Shown piece after piece: positions 26,735-40,332 of a DNA stretch of 64,000 nt. The stretch's first letter is position 1; the number at the start of each line of letters is the position of its first letter. A model generated the notes under the pieces. The model made no database searches and had not been told where the DNA came from. It was given only the letters and a program-made list of their open reading frames with translations. Position numbers and translations under genes: made by a program. Source of the DNA: Kondoa subrosea (taxonomy: Eukaryota); the NCBI GenBank assembly GCA_039545335.1, contig BCIN01000004.1, positions 610,925 through 674,924 of the forward strand. Direction: 5' to 3'.

Positions 26735-26972
26735 CTTGTTGATCCATCGCCAGACCGCTATGATTTCCGACTCAAATCATTTTTCCCTACAAGGCAAGCG
26801 CTTATCCCCGAAATATGCGCGTCGCTGACGCAGTTTACCTTAAGACAACAATTCAATCTTGATTAGGCTTTTGGCAAAGTGCATTATCCAAACAAAAACA
26901 GCGATTGTGCGATACTTTATGCTAGATATTGTGAGACGCCTAGCGATCATTCATGTGGCACAAATAGAGCCA

Positions 26973-29900
26973 CTAGCCTCTTCCTTCGTCGCTCACTTGC
27001 TCTTTTCCGGCCAAAGCAGCGAATGCCTTACGTGCCTTTAACAATTCCCTTGGAACTCCTCTCTCGATAATTTTGCCTTGATCTAGCACTATAATCTCAT
27101 CCATATTCTTTATCGTACTGCAATCTCGATGTGAATTAATTGTTAAAGCGGATGATCTGGAAGCGCTTACGATATTCGATGAGCAACGCAAATGACGGTT
27201 GAATCTTTAAATTGCTCTCGAAGAACCTGAGTGATCTTGTTATCAGTAGCGAGGTCCAGCGAGGCTGTGCATTCATCAAGCACCACAATACTGGAATCTC
27301 CGACTAGCAAAGGGAATCAGCTCCGATACGAAGGATCTAACAAGAAAACACACGAATTGCTCTGGCCAAAGCTAATAATTGCTTAGTACCACGGGAGCCA
27401 CTCTGGGTGAGTTCGTGGTCGAGCTGTCCAGCAAGCGCTTGTACCAATGCCTTGCAGTCGACCCTTTCGAGAGCAGTCCATAGCGAGACATCATCCATGC
27501 ACATATCAGGGTCCAAATTCTGTCGAATAGTCAAATCGAGCAGAAGTGGTTCTATTCTACGTTTCACATCGCATTAGGGAGTCCGGCTGTTCTGTCTTAC
27601 CTTGAGATATAACAGTCATCGACCGTCGCAAATCATATAACGGAAGTTTTGCTATATCTTGACCATCAACTGATGCCTTATCAATTTGGATTAATTATAC
27701 GAGAGAGAAGCCGGACTCACGCAGAATCCGACCTTCGATCTTAACTTCTACCATTCGGAAAAGCGCACTGATTAAAGACGACTTTCCAGATCCTGAACGG
27801 CCGCAAATACCCAACTTGGTTCCAGCTGTGAGTCTGAAGCTGACGTGCTGAAGAGCGGGTTCTGCATTTGGTGAATAACGCAAGCTAACATTTTCGAATT
27901 CAACCGCGCCAATCCATTTCAAGCTTTTGCAAGGATCGGCGGGCGAAAGAACATCTTCGTTCGTTATTTCAGGAGCTAGGTTTGCTATTGCTTTCATTTG
28001 TATGATCGAGATGCTAGCGATTTGCATATTGGTCGCAGCAACAAACCAGGTTGCGAGATCTGCGCAAATACATTAGACCAACAGAAGTTGATAATACAGT
28101 ACACTCTCACCATCCGGAATGATGACAATCTGTATCAGTGCTACAGACGAATCAGCTCAGAATCAACTATACAACAGATTGCATTTACCTAATGCCAATA
28201 ATTGATCTGAATTCTTCCTTTTGACGACAGCGACTCCGACCATTAAAGCACTAATGATAGTGAGAAATATACTGAGCGTCAAGTACAGCCATTGTCTTGT
28301 ACATGCTAAAAGAAAGTAGGGTTGAGCAGATCTTGCGACAGCATGATCAACTTCTTTGCGACAGCATGATCAACTTCTTGCGTGAGATGTAACTGTCGTG
28401 TCGAGGCACGCATGATCCGGAGCCCATCGACATCGCTTGCATATGCAATAGCGTTGTAAAGAGGTGAGAGACTTGCACTTTCCAAGCTTCTCAGTTGGCT
28501 TCCGGTCGCTGCGAAGTACCGACGAGCCACTTCTCCAACTCCGATCATAAAGAAGAAAACGACCAGGGCATATGGAAGCACAATAAAGACGACCACGCTT
28601 TCCGCTAACAGAAAGACTGTGAATTGCACAGTGCTGACAAAAGCGTAGCTGAACTCTATTCGTATATTCAGACTGTATCTAGCTGTAGAGGACTCCCACT
28701 GACCTTGCTCTGAAACGAAAACATCACTGGAGAACCGGTTGGTCAAGTACCCAGTGCTTTGACTTTGCGTATAAGAAGCAGAAGCGCCGAGAAAGCCTCG
28801 TACCTGCTTGCGATGCATTTCTCTGGTTGCTTTAAGCGGAAGACGTACTCCAGATGCTGTATGCGATGAGCTGACGATAATTCATTGTAATAGAAAATGC
28901 TGACTTTCGCAATAAATCCAAACTAACCCTAAATAGACAGTGGTCGTAAAAGTGAAGGCTACCACCTGTTGATATCTCTCAGATGACGTGATGAAGACAC
29001 AGGAATGCGAAGAACTTACCCAAGCTCCAAAGTCTCGATGTTGCTGTGCAGCATCTTGATTTATCCATGCTTTTACCAAGAAGAGATAGCCAACAGATTT
29101 CCAACCTAGACCGACGACGGCAGTTAGAGCAAAGGTCCCTAGGATGAAAATGCCAGCGCTATGTAAATAAGTTGCGACAGCCAGAACCGTATGTCCTTGG
29201 GAATCTGCTGCCTCCTCATCAACGCTATCCGAAGGCTTTTCGTCTATAGTTTTCTTCTCCCTCACTTCCTCCGAAATCATTGCATTCGCTCTGCCTTCCT
29301 TTGAGACGGGATTCGCTAGATCAAACACATTAAGACACTGGCGGATCTTGCCATAATCGCCTTGTAATTTGATCCGGCCTTGTTCAAGCCAGATGATCTT
29401 CATGTTGTCTTGCAGAAGATGAGTTGCATTAGAAGCTAATGGAGTAGTTGCTGTGGTTCGTAGACCACTCGCTCCAAATAATGCTTTGAAGACGTGTCGC
29501 TCCGTATTCGCGTCCAAAGCTGAGAACACATCGTCGAGTATCAATAGCGAAGGTTGCGTATAAAGAGCGCGAGCCAGAGCGATTCTCGCTTTTTGTCCGC
29601 CTGATAAGCTGACGCAGCTTCTACGATCGCCATCTGAGAAGTTCTGAATATCTTGATCCAACGCACAAGATGACAGAATACTGTGGTACAGGTCTGGCGC
29701 GAATGGACGAGAATTCACTATATTCTCTCGAATGGTCATAGTAGGCAAAAGGAAAGCATCTTGAGAGCAAAAAGCCATGGAAGCTGCTGTTGTGGTCATG
29801 TTTCCGTCCAGTAGATCCAATTCTTGTAATACCGCGAGTAGTAGACTGGTCTTTCCCGACGATGTTCTCCCCAAGATGACGGTCAGACAACCACTTTCGA

Positions 29901-32150
29901 TTCTTGTGGTGATATCATTCACAAGCTTCGGACCATTGAGTATGCCTAGAGTTGCGTGCGTGAAGCGGATCGCTATCTGATTTTCAGAATGCTTCGGCTC
30001 CTTGTTTGACGATGTGGATGGTTCAGTAGCAATCACTTCTAGCATGCGCTTTCTTTCCAGTAGAAAAGATTCTATGCGCCGTATGCTAGATATGGCTGTT
30101 GGTATTTTCATGTAAAGGAAGCCAAGCTGAGGTGGACTTTAGTGCGTATCGGGTTTAATACAGAAAGCGCACTCACAGGGAAGAAGAAGGTACCTCTACA
30201 CATTGGATCAGCAGGCAACAAGACTAGCCAAGAGCCAATTACCATTGTTCGATCACCGAGAACCCGACAAATACTGACGAATACGAAAGCACGGATTGTG
30301 GGGCGATGTAGCAGATGATAGCGTATGTCATGAGCATTGCCACGCGAAGAAAGCCGACGCTACAATTCATTGCATAAGACAGAGGTAGAGCTACTCTTCG
30401 AAACTTAGCCTGCTGATGAAGCTCCTTCTGTCGCAGATTGTCGTAGATCTTTGCCGTGATAGATTCATATCCTTGCATCTTGATTGCTTTGCTAGTTAGG
30501 ACATCAGTTCTGAACCATGATAGTAGAGTCAGATACCGACAAGCACGATATGATCTGTTACCAGGTCAGTTATACCCTGGCTGGAATATTTGCACGCACA
30601 GAAGAGATCAGTCGGACTCTCGCATCGCTCGCATCGGACCAAGAGCCTTGATTGTCAACTTGTTTCTTAGCCAAAATTGGAAGCAGAACCAAAGTTCCCA
30701 GAACGACCAATAAGACTGCGACTATCGGACCCGCGCCGAACTCTTTTGCCAATATCAAGAAGCCCAGAACGTAGGCGATCGTCATTTGCAGCAGGATATA
30801 GGGAAACTGAATGGCGTCAGTAATGCGACTAACGTCTGTTGGATTGTAAATAACATGCACCAAAATGGTTAATGTAGGCGCACCTAGAGTCATATGACTG
30901 GAAAGTGCACCACTTCCGAGTGCAGTGATAGTTGATGCTGGTAGTTCCAACTGTAGCAAATCATGAGTTGTAATAGCTATCAGATTGCGGAGCGGAGACC
31001 TACAGCTTGTCGATACACAAATTGCATCAAGAGAGCTCGAACACTGGTAGCCTATCGCGCGCTAGTAATTTGTAGCCAGACTACCAATAAGCAATTGGTG
31101 AAAGGCATGATCGCATACGCGCCAATCAAACCATAGCCGTATTCGACAGGCTGTGGAGAGTCGCTTTGCCAAGAAGAAAAGAAAGAGATGACAGCTTTTA
31201 TCAAGAGGGGCTGCACCATAACCGTACAGGCGCCAAGGATTGCGGATAGAAGAGGTGCAAGAAGTTCTGGGAGGACTGCTAAGCTCAGACATCGGAGAAG
31301 TAAGTAGCTTGATCTGTTTGCGCTGCTCTTTGCCCAAAAATCATTGAAGCGCTCGAGTCGAGCTTGCATTGTTTGCGATGCTTCACTGGTTCCGATGTTC
31401 TGTTGCGTGAGCTTGCTCTTCCTGCCTAACCATAACAGAGGCCAGACATGAATCAATAATAGTCGACTAATGAAGCCAGCTGTCGCTTCTCGACTCAATT
31501 CCTGCGAAATGCATCAATACATTCTCGCAGCCCTGCTTGTAATTCGTACCGTTCGGAGCTGTTCATCTTTGATCAAATGTCGCTTTGGTATGTTCTCTAA
31601 TATGAAAAGTACGATCTTCACGGCTAATGATGCTGCGAAGACGACAAAGTATAATTGTTGTTTGGAGGGGAAGTCAAGCAGAATGAAAGACCTTAGCCGA
31701 ACAATGTCGAAAACAGTGACCAACAGTAGATAGACGGGGACTAGTAGGTTGGCACGTATAGTTCTTCTGTGTTCTAGGTATAAAATAGGCAGAAGGTGAA
31801 TCTACAAGCAGATGAAATCTTTGTTTTTCACTAAAGGTAAGACTTACCGAGTGAACTAATGTCATAGCACTTGCTACCGTCCTGATCACTTCTGTTGACT
31901 TTAGTAGCATCGCTACCAAGCACAGCAAATCAAAGACTATCAGTACCATGCCAGTTCCAACTTTGGCAGATAACAGTTTGCTGCCGGTGCAAACATCTCT
32001 TTTGTGTAGTTTGAGATAGTATAGCAAGATCCAAGCGCACACCGTGAAACAGCTTGAGGGTATAAGCGATAGAACAGTGAAAGTAAAGCCAAGTGAGAAA
32101 TCGAAACGGCAGGCTGAAGGAGCTATTGCCCATTCGTCTGAGCAGGACAT
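26973..32150 (-). CDS. ABCC/MRP-type ABC transporter (TMD0-TMD1-NBD1-TMD2-NBD2); frameshifted by a 23-bp duplication as assembled
   Basis: N-terminal CRFDFSLGF; NBD1 GRTSSGKT, LSGGQKARIALARALY, LILDD; NBD2 GICGRSGSGKSS, QLLALARA, VVLDECTASLD, IIVLDQGKIIE. Confidence 0.92.
28333..28378 (+). repeat. Perfect 2 x 23 bp tandem duplication inside an ABC transporter exon
   Basis: ttgcgacagcatgatcaacttct at 28333-28355 and 28356-28378. Confidence 0.95.
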
Positions 32151-32574
32151 GCTTGACCGTCGTGAACCGATCGAGCACAGGCAGATGAATTCAACAGAGA
32201 CGTAAAGCTATTCATTCTGACTGTACAAGCACCGCAAAAGATTCGAAGCACAGGTCGAGAGCGAAGACCAAAGTAGGCTGGAACGATACTGCTGTGTTGC
32301 AGAGCATTGATTGATGGTTGCAAAGCCAATCTAGCCCAAATTGAATGAAACGAGATGGTGTTCCAATTCCAAGCCTGGCGAATTTATTGGCACGAGGAAG
32401 CGAGAACCTCGGAACAGGAAGTATTGGGCCTGACTCGAACAACAATAGTATTCTGATCATACGCTACACAGCATGGAGTAGATCTAAACTGAAATGGGCT
32501 TGTCTACCACTTGATTTTGAAGACCAGCTTCGTCATTACTCCAGCGAAGGAGTCATCCTCATTAGCACCACCTA

Positions 32575-33843
32575 TCACTTTGACTCGGGAAGACCAGCTT
32601 TGCACCCTGGAGAAGTCACGGTCAGCAAAATACACAGGTAGCCAAGCTGTCTGACTTGCCGACGCGATGTCTTTTCCAATCGAGACGTTGACACTCAAGC
32701 GAGCAATCTGTATGAGCAATAAGTCAATAGATTATGTGAAAAGCAATGCTCAGACCTACAGATGACCGTTTTGCAAAGACTGCACGCTTTAAATTCACTT
32801 GCCTTCTTCTCATCCGCTTTCTTTTCCTCTTCCGTCTCTTGACCAACAGGTTTGATGTTTTTGTAGAAATAATAACCACAATGTACGCATTCGTAAGTTG
32901 GTCGATCGAATTGATGCATAACACCCAATTGCAAGCGATCGCTATCAATCAACTTCTTGACCCTTTCTGCACCATCTTCAATCTTACTAGCAGCTTCACA
33001 TTCCTCAAAGAAAGCAATCAAGTAACCTTTTGGGTTGACGGCATAAGTACGAAGAAATTGCTGAGCTCCGAGTCGTAGAGGAAGTCGAAGAATAGCTTGA
33101 ATTAGGAGGAGAAAGATAAAAGAGGTGTCAAAGCTTGCAATGTCGTCCCGAAGTTTGCAAAGCACGTCAAAAGCTTTCTCGATAAACAAGGGTAATGTCG
33201 AAGGCTGTTGAGCCAGAGAAGAGTTTGTGTTGCATTTTTCGACCAATTCTTCGTAGCTCATAGGGAAACGAGAGATGAGAAGCTGGAAAAGATGTTTGAC
33301 GTGATCGCGTAAGAAAGCGGCCATGTTGTCAACCGAACGGTCTCTTAGTGCTCCAGGCGGAACCATGACAGTAACGGACATGCAACAAAACATTTCCAAG
33401 CTGGCATGGAGGTAGTAATGGAAGATGCGGTAACATTGCTTCAGTTTGGGTTGCTTCATGTACCCGCTGGCGCTGAATAAGTGCGTCAAGCACATCGATG
33501 CCAATCCACGTTCTTCAAATCCTGAGCCCGAAGAAATAACGAGCTTGTTTGCAGCTTCGATGACCAGATCAGTGGACTCAGCACAAATGCGCATTGCAGC
33601 AATGCTGTTGACCACCTGCTCATCTTCTAATGCACCTCCAGAGATATCTTTGGGAGTGAATGTGAAGAAGTTTTCGATAGCAACCCAGTTACCTTTGACA
33701 AGGAGATCCTGAAGGAGCGTGATGTAGTCTTCCAATCGCTGTAGATGCTTTGGCTGAATACGAGATTCGAAACTGTCTAGAGAGGTATTCTGTTTCGGAG
33801 GGCAGCAAGGGCATGGCTCGCGAGAGTTGTGCAGAGAGTCCAT
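32575..33843 (-). CDS. zf-MYND domain protein (copy 1)
   Basis: Spliced C-terminus ECVHC..FKACSLCKTVIYCSLECQRLDWKRHRVGC, an MYND finger; last intron is GC-AG. Confidence 0.85.
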
Positions 33844-34110
33844 GACGATGTCTGATTCGATACGCTCGTGTGTGCGGCTCCAAGAGTCTGTTGAATCCAG
33901 TTTATCAGCGGTTACGTAAAGGCACTATGTCGAGGTTTGGCCTACATAGTTGTGTTGGTATAGCTACCTAGAGTAGCGCTTTCGTCCTCAAATTGGAAGC
34001 AGCCGAAAGAGCGAGAGAATGGTTGTGCAAGGGGAACAACGTAATGTCAGAATGCAACTTAAACTCAAATACGCAATCACCCGAGTCTGCCTAAGCATGT
34101 ATCCGTCAGT

Positions 34111-34890
34111 CTACCCGTTCCATTCTTCTATGTGCAAGTGTGTTGCACGTGCACTCTTCCGTAACACATATCTCTCCAGACGAAAGTGCTCAAACATATC
34201 CTGAACAGTGTTCGAGGCATAAGTAAACGGAGCGCCAGGAGATATTATAGAAGAGCGTTACTCGAGCTTGCTGCACTGCTATTCGATGCTTCGGTCCACA
34301 ATTAGCTGCTATAGCATGTTCTCGTGATTGCCAAATGCATGTTGCGATATTGTGCCCTTTCGAATCTGGCGTTCCATACCTGTATGTTTATGAGATGCAC
34401 TGTCGAATTCCAGCTAAGAAGACATACCAATACATCAACAACCCGCCCTGCGCGACCGCTTCCTCATGAGCATCTCTATCCGCTTGGTATAGTGAGACAG
34501 AGTCGCTGCCTTGTTTACGCTTAGATCTAAAAGCAACGATATACCTGAATGTGAATGGAATAAGAAGAATGCTGGCAGTAGGAGGAACTCGACGTACCAT
34601 TCGCGTTCGATTCTTGATGGTAAGAACAGATCTTGCCAATTGAACGATAAAGCATATGGAGCAATCGCATAGTCTTCTCTTATAGGTCGGAAATGATGAA
34701 GAGCTTGATGTAAGAAAAGACTAGCCATATCGATAGATGGTAATCGGCTCAGGGTGAATCCCACTTCTCGCTTCTCGAATGATGCTTCATCTTGATCCAG
34801 AGTGCTTGGTAACATACTGAGAATAGGCGGTAAATAAGGTAAATTGTTGATTACGCGCAATTCGCGCTCGGAGAAGACATCAAGTACCAT
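34111..34890 (-). CDS. UPF0643-like conserved fungal protein (copy 1)
   Basis: HQALHHFRPIREDYAIAPYALSFNW, EWY.VAFRSKRK, LYQADRDAHEEAVAQGGLLMYWY, LATCIWQSREHA, RLERYVLRK. Confidence 0.8.
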
Positions 34891-35084
34891 GTCGCGGAGA
34901 GAAACGAATAGGAAGAGAAGAAGTGGCTTGCAGAAGAGCACGGTATCGATCAGTCAGGCTAAATAGCTGACACTGTCTTCTGTGTTTTCGCACCATATGC
35001 ACGCAATATGTCGCAATTTCGTATTGGCTACGAAACACGCTAGAAGGTTGGAAAGAAGCGCAATTCAGGCAGCGACTTCATTGC

Positions 35085-35184
35085 NNNNNNNNNNNNNNNN
35101 NNNNNNNNNNNNNNNNNNNNNNNNNNNNNNNNNNNNNNNNNNNNNNNNNNNNNNNNNNNNNNNNNNNNNNNNNNNNNNNNNNNN
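35085..35184. other. Scaffold gap (100 N)
   Basis: Run of N of round length 100. Confidence 1.
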
Positions 35185-35446
35185 CTTCTGTTGACTTTAG
35201 TAGCATCGCTACCAAGCACAGCAAATCAAAGACTATCAGTACCATGCCAGTTCCAACTTTGGCAGATAACAGTTTGCTGCCGGTGCAAACATCTCTTTTG
35301 TGTAGTTTGAGATAGTATAGCAAGATCCAAGCGCACACCGTGAAACAGCTTGAGGGTATAAGCGATAGAACAGTGAAAGTAAAGCCAAGTGAGAAATCGA
35401 AACGGCAGGCTGAAGGAGCTATTGCCCATTCGTCTGAGCAGGACAT
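35185..35446 (-). other. Duplicated 5' fragment of the ABCC transporter gene, truncated by the gap
   Basis: Identical to 31889-32150. Confidence 0.85.
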
Positions 35447-35870
35447 GCTTGACCGTCGTGAACCGATCGAGCACAGGCAGATGAATTCAACAGAGACGTA
35501 AAGCTATTCATTCTGACTGTACAAGCACCGCAAAAGATTCGAAGCACAGGTCGAGAGCGAAGACCAAAGTAGGCTGGAACGATACTGCTGTGTTGCAGAG
35601 CATTGATTGATGGTTGCAAAGCCAATCTAGCCCAAATTGAATGAAACGAGATGGTGTTCCAATTCCAAGCCTGGCGAATTTATTGGCACGAGGAAGCGAG
35701 AACCTCGGAACAGGAAGTATTGGGCCTGACTCGAACAACAATAGTATTCTGATCATACGCTACACAGCATGGAGTAGATCTAAACTGAAATGGGCTTGTC
35801 TACCACTTGATTTTGAAGACCAGCTTCGTCATTACTCCAGCGAAGGAGTCATCCTCATTAGCACCACCTA

Positions 35871-37139
35871 TCACTTTGACTCGGGAAGACCAGCTTTGCA
35901 CCCTGGAGAAGTCACGGTCAGCAAAATACACAGGTAGCCAAGCTGTCTGACTTGCCGACGCGATGTCTTTTCCAATCGAGACGTTGACACTCAAGCGAGC
36001 AATCTGTATGAGCAATAAGTCAATAGATTATGTGAAAAGCAATGCTCAGACCTACAGATGACCGTTTTGCAAAGACTGCACGCTTTAAATTCACTTGCCT
36101 TCTTCTCATCCGCTTTCTTTTCCTCTTCCGTCTCTTGACCAACAGGTTTGATGTTTTTGTAGAAATAATAACCACAATGTACGCATTCGTAAGTTGGTCG
36201 ATCGAATTGATGCATAACACCCAATTGCAAGCGATCGCTATCAATCAACTTCTTGACCCTTTCTGCACCATCTTCAATCTTACTAGCAGCTTCACATTCC
36301 TCAAAGAAAGCAATCAAGTAACCTTTTGGGTTGACGGCATAAGTACGAAGAAATTGCTGAGCTCCGAGTCGTAGAGGAAGTCGAAGAATAGCTTGAATTA
36401 GGAGGAGAAAGATAAAAGAGGTGTCAAAGCTTGCAATGTCGTCCCGAAGTTTGCAAAGCACGTCAAAAGCTTTCTCGATAAACAAGGGTAATGTCGAAGG
36501 CTGTTGAGCCAGAGAAGAGTTTGTGTTGCATTTTTCGACCAATTCTTCGTAGCTCATAGGGAAACGAGAGATGAGAAGCTGGAAAAGATGTTTGACGTGA
36601 TCGCGTAAGAAAGCGGCCATGTTGTCAACCGAACGGTCTCTTAGTGCTCCAGGCGGAACCATGACAGTAACGGACATGCAACAAAACATTTCCAAGCTGG
36701 CATGGAGGTAGTAATGGAAGATGCGGTAACATTGCTTCAGTTTGGGTTGCTTCATGTACCCGCTGGCGCTGAATAAGTGCGTCAAGCACATCGATGCCAA
36801 TCCACGTTCTTCAAATCCTGAGCCCGAAGAAATAACGAGCTTGTTTGCAGCTTCGATGACCAGATCAGTGGACTCAGCACAAATGCGCATTGCAGCAATG
36901 CTGTTGACCACCTGCTCATCTTCTAATGCACCTCCAGAGATATCTTTGGGAGTGAATGTGAAGAAGTTTTCGATAGCAACCCAGTTACCTTTGACAAGGA
37001 GATCCTGAAGGAGCGTGATGTAGTCTTCCAATCGCTGTAGATGCTTTGGCTGAATACGAGATTCGAAACTGTCTAGAGAGGTATTCTGTTTCGGAGGGCA
37101 GCAAGGGCATGGCTCGCGAGAGTTGTGCAGAGAGTCCAT
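35871..37139 (-). CDS. zf-MYND domain protein (copy 2, probably artefactual duplicate)
   Basis: Identical translation to 32575-33843. Confidence 0.8.
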
Positions 37140-37406
37140 GACGATGTCTGATTCGATACGCTCGTGTGTGCGGCTCCAAGAGTCTGTTGAATCCAGTTTA
37201 TCAGCGGTTACGTAAAGGCACTATGTCGAGGTTTGGCCTACATAGTTGTGTTGGTATAGCTACCTAGAGTAGCGCTTTCGTCCTCAAATTGGAAGCAGCC
37301 GAAAGAGCGAGAGAATGGTTGTGCAAGGGGAACAACGTAATGTCAGAATGCAACTTAAACTCAAATACGCAATCACCCGAGTCTGCCTAAGCATGTATCC
37401 GTCAGT

Positions 37407-38186
37407 CTACCCGTTCCATTCTTCTATGTGCAAGTGTGTTGCACGTGCACTCTTCCGTAACACATATCTCTCCAGACGAAAGTGCTCAAACATATCCTGA
37501 ACAGTGTTCGAGGCATAAGTAAACGGAGCGCCAGGAGATATTATAGAAGAGCGTTACTCGAGCTTGCTGCACTGCTATTCGATGCTTCGGTCCACAATTA
37601 GCTGCTATAGCATGTTCTCGTGATTGCCAAATGCATGTTGCGATATTGTGCCCTTTCGAATCTGGCGTTCCATACCTGTATGTTTATGAGATGCACTGTC
37701 GAATTCCAGCTAAGAAGACATACCAATACATCAACAACCCGCCCTGCGCGACCGCTTCCTCATGAGCATCTCTATCCGCTTGGTATAGTGAGACAGAGTC
37801 GCTGCCTTGTTTACGCTTAGATCTAAAAGCAACGATATACCTGAATGTGAATGGAATAAGAAGAATGCTGGCAGTAGGAGGAACTCGACGTACCATTCGC
37901 GTTCGATTCTTGATGGTAAGAACAGATCTTGCCAATTGAACGATAAAGCATATGGAGCAATCGCATAGTCTTCTCTTATAGGTCGGAAATGATGAAGAGC
38001 TTGATGTAAGAAAAGACTAGCCATATCGATAGATGGTAATCGGCTCAGGGTGAATCCCACTTCTCGCTTCTCGAATGATGCTTCATCTTGATCCAGAGTG
38101 CTTGGTAACATACTGAGAATAGGCGGTAAATAAGGTAAATTGTTGATTACGCGCAATTCGCGCTCGGAGAAGACATCAAGTACCAT
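37407..38186 (-). CDS. UPF0643-like protein (copy 2, probably artefactual duplicate)
   Basis: Identical translation to 34111-34890. Confidence 0.78.
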
Positions 38187-38699
38187 GTCGCGGAGAGAAA
38201 CGAATAGGAAGAGAAGAAGTGGCTTGCAGAAGAGCACGGTATCGATCAGTCAGGCTAAATAGCTGACACTGTCTTCTGTGTTTTCGCACCATATGCACGC
38301 AATATGTCGCAATTTCGTATTGGCTACGAAACACGCTAGAAGGTTGGAAAGAAGCGCAATTCAGGCAGCGACTTCATTGCACTGCTCATATACCCTTTGG
38401 CCGATGAGCAAGAAGAAAGGAATTTTGGATAGGGGAGTTCTAAAACATGCGATACTTTGCACGAAAATTGTGAGGAGAAGAAGCAAGATGACAGCGTTGA
38501 CAGCCTTCACGGAGAAAGAACGCGGGATAGATACAGCCTTGATTTAGTCACTGTTCAAAGCCGATAGAAGAGGCTTCTTCGCAACCAAATATTTTGAGAC
38601 CCAGAGTGGAGGAATTATGTTGCTGCGGTACTTGCTTATAGCTTTGTCAAGCTATCCTCTAAAGAGTAGTCATACGTCCAGCGACGGTTTGGCGCTATG

Positions 38700-40332
38700 T
38701 TATTGTAAAGCTTCTGCTTCGGTCATACCACTAGCCAATGCTTCCGCTGCCAACCTATCTTTCTCCATCTGTTCTTCAAGTTCAACAGTCTCGATATCCA
38801 GAGGATAAGAAAGGATCGCAGCTAAACCGGAAAGGTTGTTTAATTCTGATTTCAACAAAAAAGAATTAGCAATGTTTCCAGTCTGCGTCAAGAGAAAAAG
38901 GAAAACTAACGTTCACCTGATTCATGCATACTGGAGAAAATCAATACTTCAGCTCCAAAAGCTTTCACATCTTCGACTAGCTTGACGAATTTCCTTCTTC
39001 GCGAGAAATCGCTCGACCTGTGTTACAGGAAAGAAATAATCAGCTACTGTAGTGAAGATGCAGCGTGCGAGTTGTTCACTTGAATAGAGCATCCGATATC
39101 AGTAAAGTAGAAACCGCTCCTCGTTCGGCCGCTTTCAGTACATGAGCTTCACCATACCAAGCTCGTAACTCGTCTGTGCCCATCATCTTCTGGAACCTAT
39201 TTTGATTTCTGAAAGTCAGATATTCGAAGCTTTTTAAAGAGGAGACAGTGTACTTGGATAGTAGTAACCCTTCTCGGGCAAACTTGGTATCTTTCAGTTG
39301 TGCCGCGACCTAATCATATGAGCATATCAGTACAGGATCGTATTGCAAAGGACATAGCATACTTCTGGACTGGATAATACTTGCGCTAGAGAATGTACAT
39401 GATGCGAAGGAGAATGTAGAAGAAGAAATCGAGATTTAGCTGTCATGATCGTTTTATTGCTCGTCCGCTGTTTTCCAGATGTCAGCATTACCAACAGAGA
39501 AGAAAAGGCACTGACAGTCGCTTCCTCCATTATTGAAGTCATAACCGCTTCTTTTGTGAAACCGGGTGAAGCGATTATGATTACTTTGAGTTGCTCGAAA
39601 TCGAAATGCCGTATTATTGCTGCGTATATTTGTTGATGAAATCGAGACATGGCCTGAGTGATTATTCAGTCGGTCCTCCTAACATCTGCTGGCACTAACC
39701 TTTTCTGCCCCTAGAGCTGTACTTCCACCTTTGCGCTTCCGCGGAACGCTCACTTCTATTCGTTGTCGTATGATAGTAGTATGTTGCGTTATGAGACATA
39801 TGTTCGCTATTCCTTCACCGCAGACAATAGCTCCAACTTCTGCTGATCCTGCCGCTTCAGTCGATTCTTTTACTCGATCTAAACCTATCGAGTCCCATTC
39901 TCCTTGACCTTTGATTAATGTGAAATCTCGACCCGTTTCTAGATCTAGAGTATGATGAGCTCCCATTTTGACATGCTGCGATTCTTCCACTATTGGACCA
40001 GAGAGATGCAATGTAGCACCAGCAGAAGAATTTGATGCTGCCGCCGCTGCAGCACCTGATGAAGTACCAACATTCGATAGAGCATCTTCAGTTGAAGAAG
40101 GACTAGCAGAAAAGATGACTTTGTCAACTCGAATAGTTAGATTCAAGCGAATTCGATGCGAATCTGTAGAACCAGTTGAAGTTTCGTTGGTTATTCGTCT
40201 AACAGCTGTTGCCCGCACTTCATCTCCTTCGTTGATCAAGTTATAGGCATGCCAGAGATCTTCATCAACTTCCAATCTCAGCTTGACAGAACCAGATCCA
40301 TCCTTGTCCACTCGTTTGCTCAACAATTTCAT
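38700..40332 (-). CDS. DOM34: Pelota/Dom34 ribosome rescue factor
   Basis: [90 protein letters not shown]. Confidence 0.96.

Larger units (their letters stand above)
31889..38380. repeat. Direct duplication of ~3196 bp (31889-35084 = 35185-38380) flanking a 100-N gap
   Basis: All ORFs recur with offset 3296 and identical translations; both copies abut the N run. Confidence 0.97.
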
